A stretch of 64,000 bases of DNA from Lingula anatina (taxonomy: Eukaryota; Animalia; Brachiopoda): assembly GCA_051362555.1 (NCBI GenBank), contig CM120646.1:16988001-17052000 (forward strand). Direction: 5' to 3'. The translations under genes were made by a program, and so were the position numbers. Below, in pieces: positions 63,162-64,000 of this stretch. Positions within the stretch are counted from its first letter, which is position 1, and each line of letters starts with the position of its first letter. The notes under the pieces are model-generated. The model saw only the letters and a program-made list of their open reading frames with translations. It was not told where the DNA came from and searched no databases.

Positions 63162-64000
63162 GCGTGGTTACGAAGTTTCGTTTATATCCTGCGCATTTCG
63201 CCCCTGAAACTTATAAGGTCTAAATGGAAATATGATCTGACCAGTTTTTAGGTTAAGCCTTTCTTGCTTTACAAAAGCAGCTGTCTGCTGACACAATGTC
63301 AAACTATTCGGTGTAGTTATGAATACAGCGGGATTCGCGCTCTGGTGCGTTTATAGAATTTTATTGAAAATGTTTGAGACAATATATCACCAAACTGTTC
63401 TTGTTTATAACCGTCTGAGATGTTATAGTCTAAACAGCTGTAATTGGTGTACATTATTGGAGTTAACACTTTTAGGACTTGTCTAGGGACAATGTTTTAG
63501 ATTTTACTTTTGCTTTGTATCATCCTAGATGATTTCTAATCAGTATTCCGTCCGCGTATCCCTTGAATAGTGGTTTGAAAAGCTTATTATGGCTGAATGA
63601 GCATAATTTAAATGCTACCAGTTTTTAGGTTAAGCCTTTCTTGCTTTACAAAAGCAGCTGTCTGCTGACACAATGTCAAACTATTCGGCGTAGCTATGAA
63701 TACAGGGGTATACGCGCTCTGGTGCGTTTATAGAATTTTATCGAAAATGTTTGAGACAATATTTCACCAAACTGTTCTTGTTTATAACCGTCTGAGATGT
63801 TATAGTCGAAACAGCTGTAATTGGTGTACATTATTGGAGTTTACTCTTTTAGGACTTGCCTAGGGACAATGTTTTAGATTTTACTTTTGCTTTGTTTCAT
63901 CCTAGATGATTTCTAATCAGTATTCCGTCCGCGTATCCCTTGAATAGTGGTTTGAAAAGCTTATTATGGCTGAATGAGCATAATTTAAATGCTACCAGTT
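63162..64000. repeat. Second tandem array (377-bp monomers) upstream of paralogue 3, running off the window
   Basis: Same monomer as 41179-47962, with the marker at 63253 and 63630. Confidence 0.93.

Overview
AT-rich eukaryotic DNA with GT-AG introns, probably from a marine invertebrate; the taxon is inferred from its transposon types and cannot be proven here. Positions 1-13.7 kb are non-coding, with one MITE and several orphan minus-strand splice donors. Next is a head-to-head pair of conserved genes: METAP1D (7 coding exons, minus) and a Canopy/CNPY2-type ER protein ending in KDEL (5 coding exons, plus). An intronless ORF for a secreted prohormone-like protein follows. From 31.7 to 64 kb lie three intronless paralogues of an unrecognised ~550-aa membrane protein (about 5 TM helices with D-x2-TD-W and EDLP motifs, then a Cys-containing, Thr-rich C-terminal domain). 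Copies 2 and 3 are preceded by a complex tandem array (377-bp and ~1.03-kb monomers; a 2801-bp higher-order repeat at copy 2). The window also holds a full-length but mutated chromodomain-bearing Gypsy element (531-bp LTRs, TTTA TSD) with an apparently tripartite tRNA-Ala primer-binding site. Other mobile DNA includes a diverged relative of that LTR, a probable solo LTR in (TA)n, a decayed Tc1, an L1/Tx1 fragment, SINEs and several MITEs. All coordinates and identities were read by eye.
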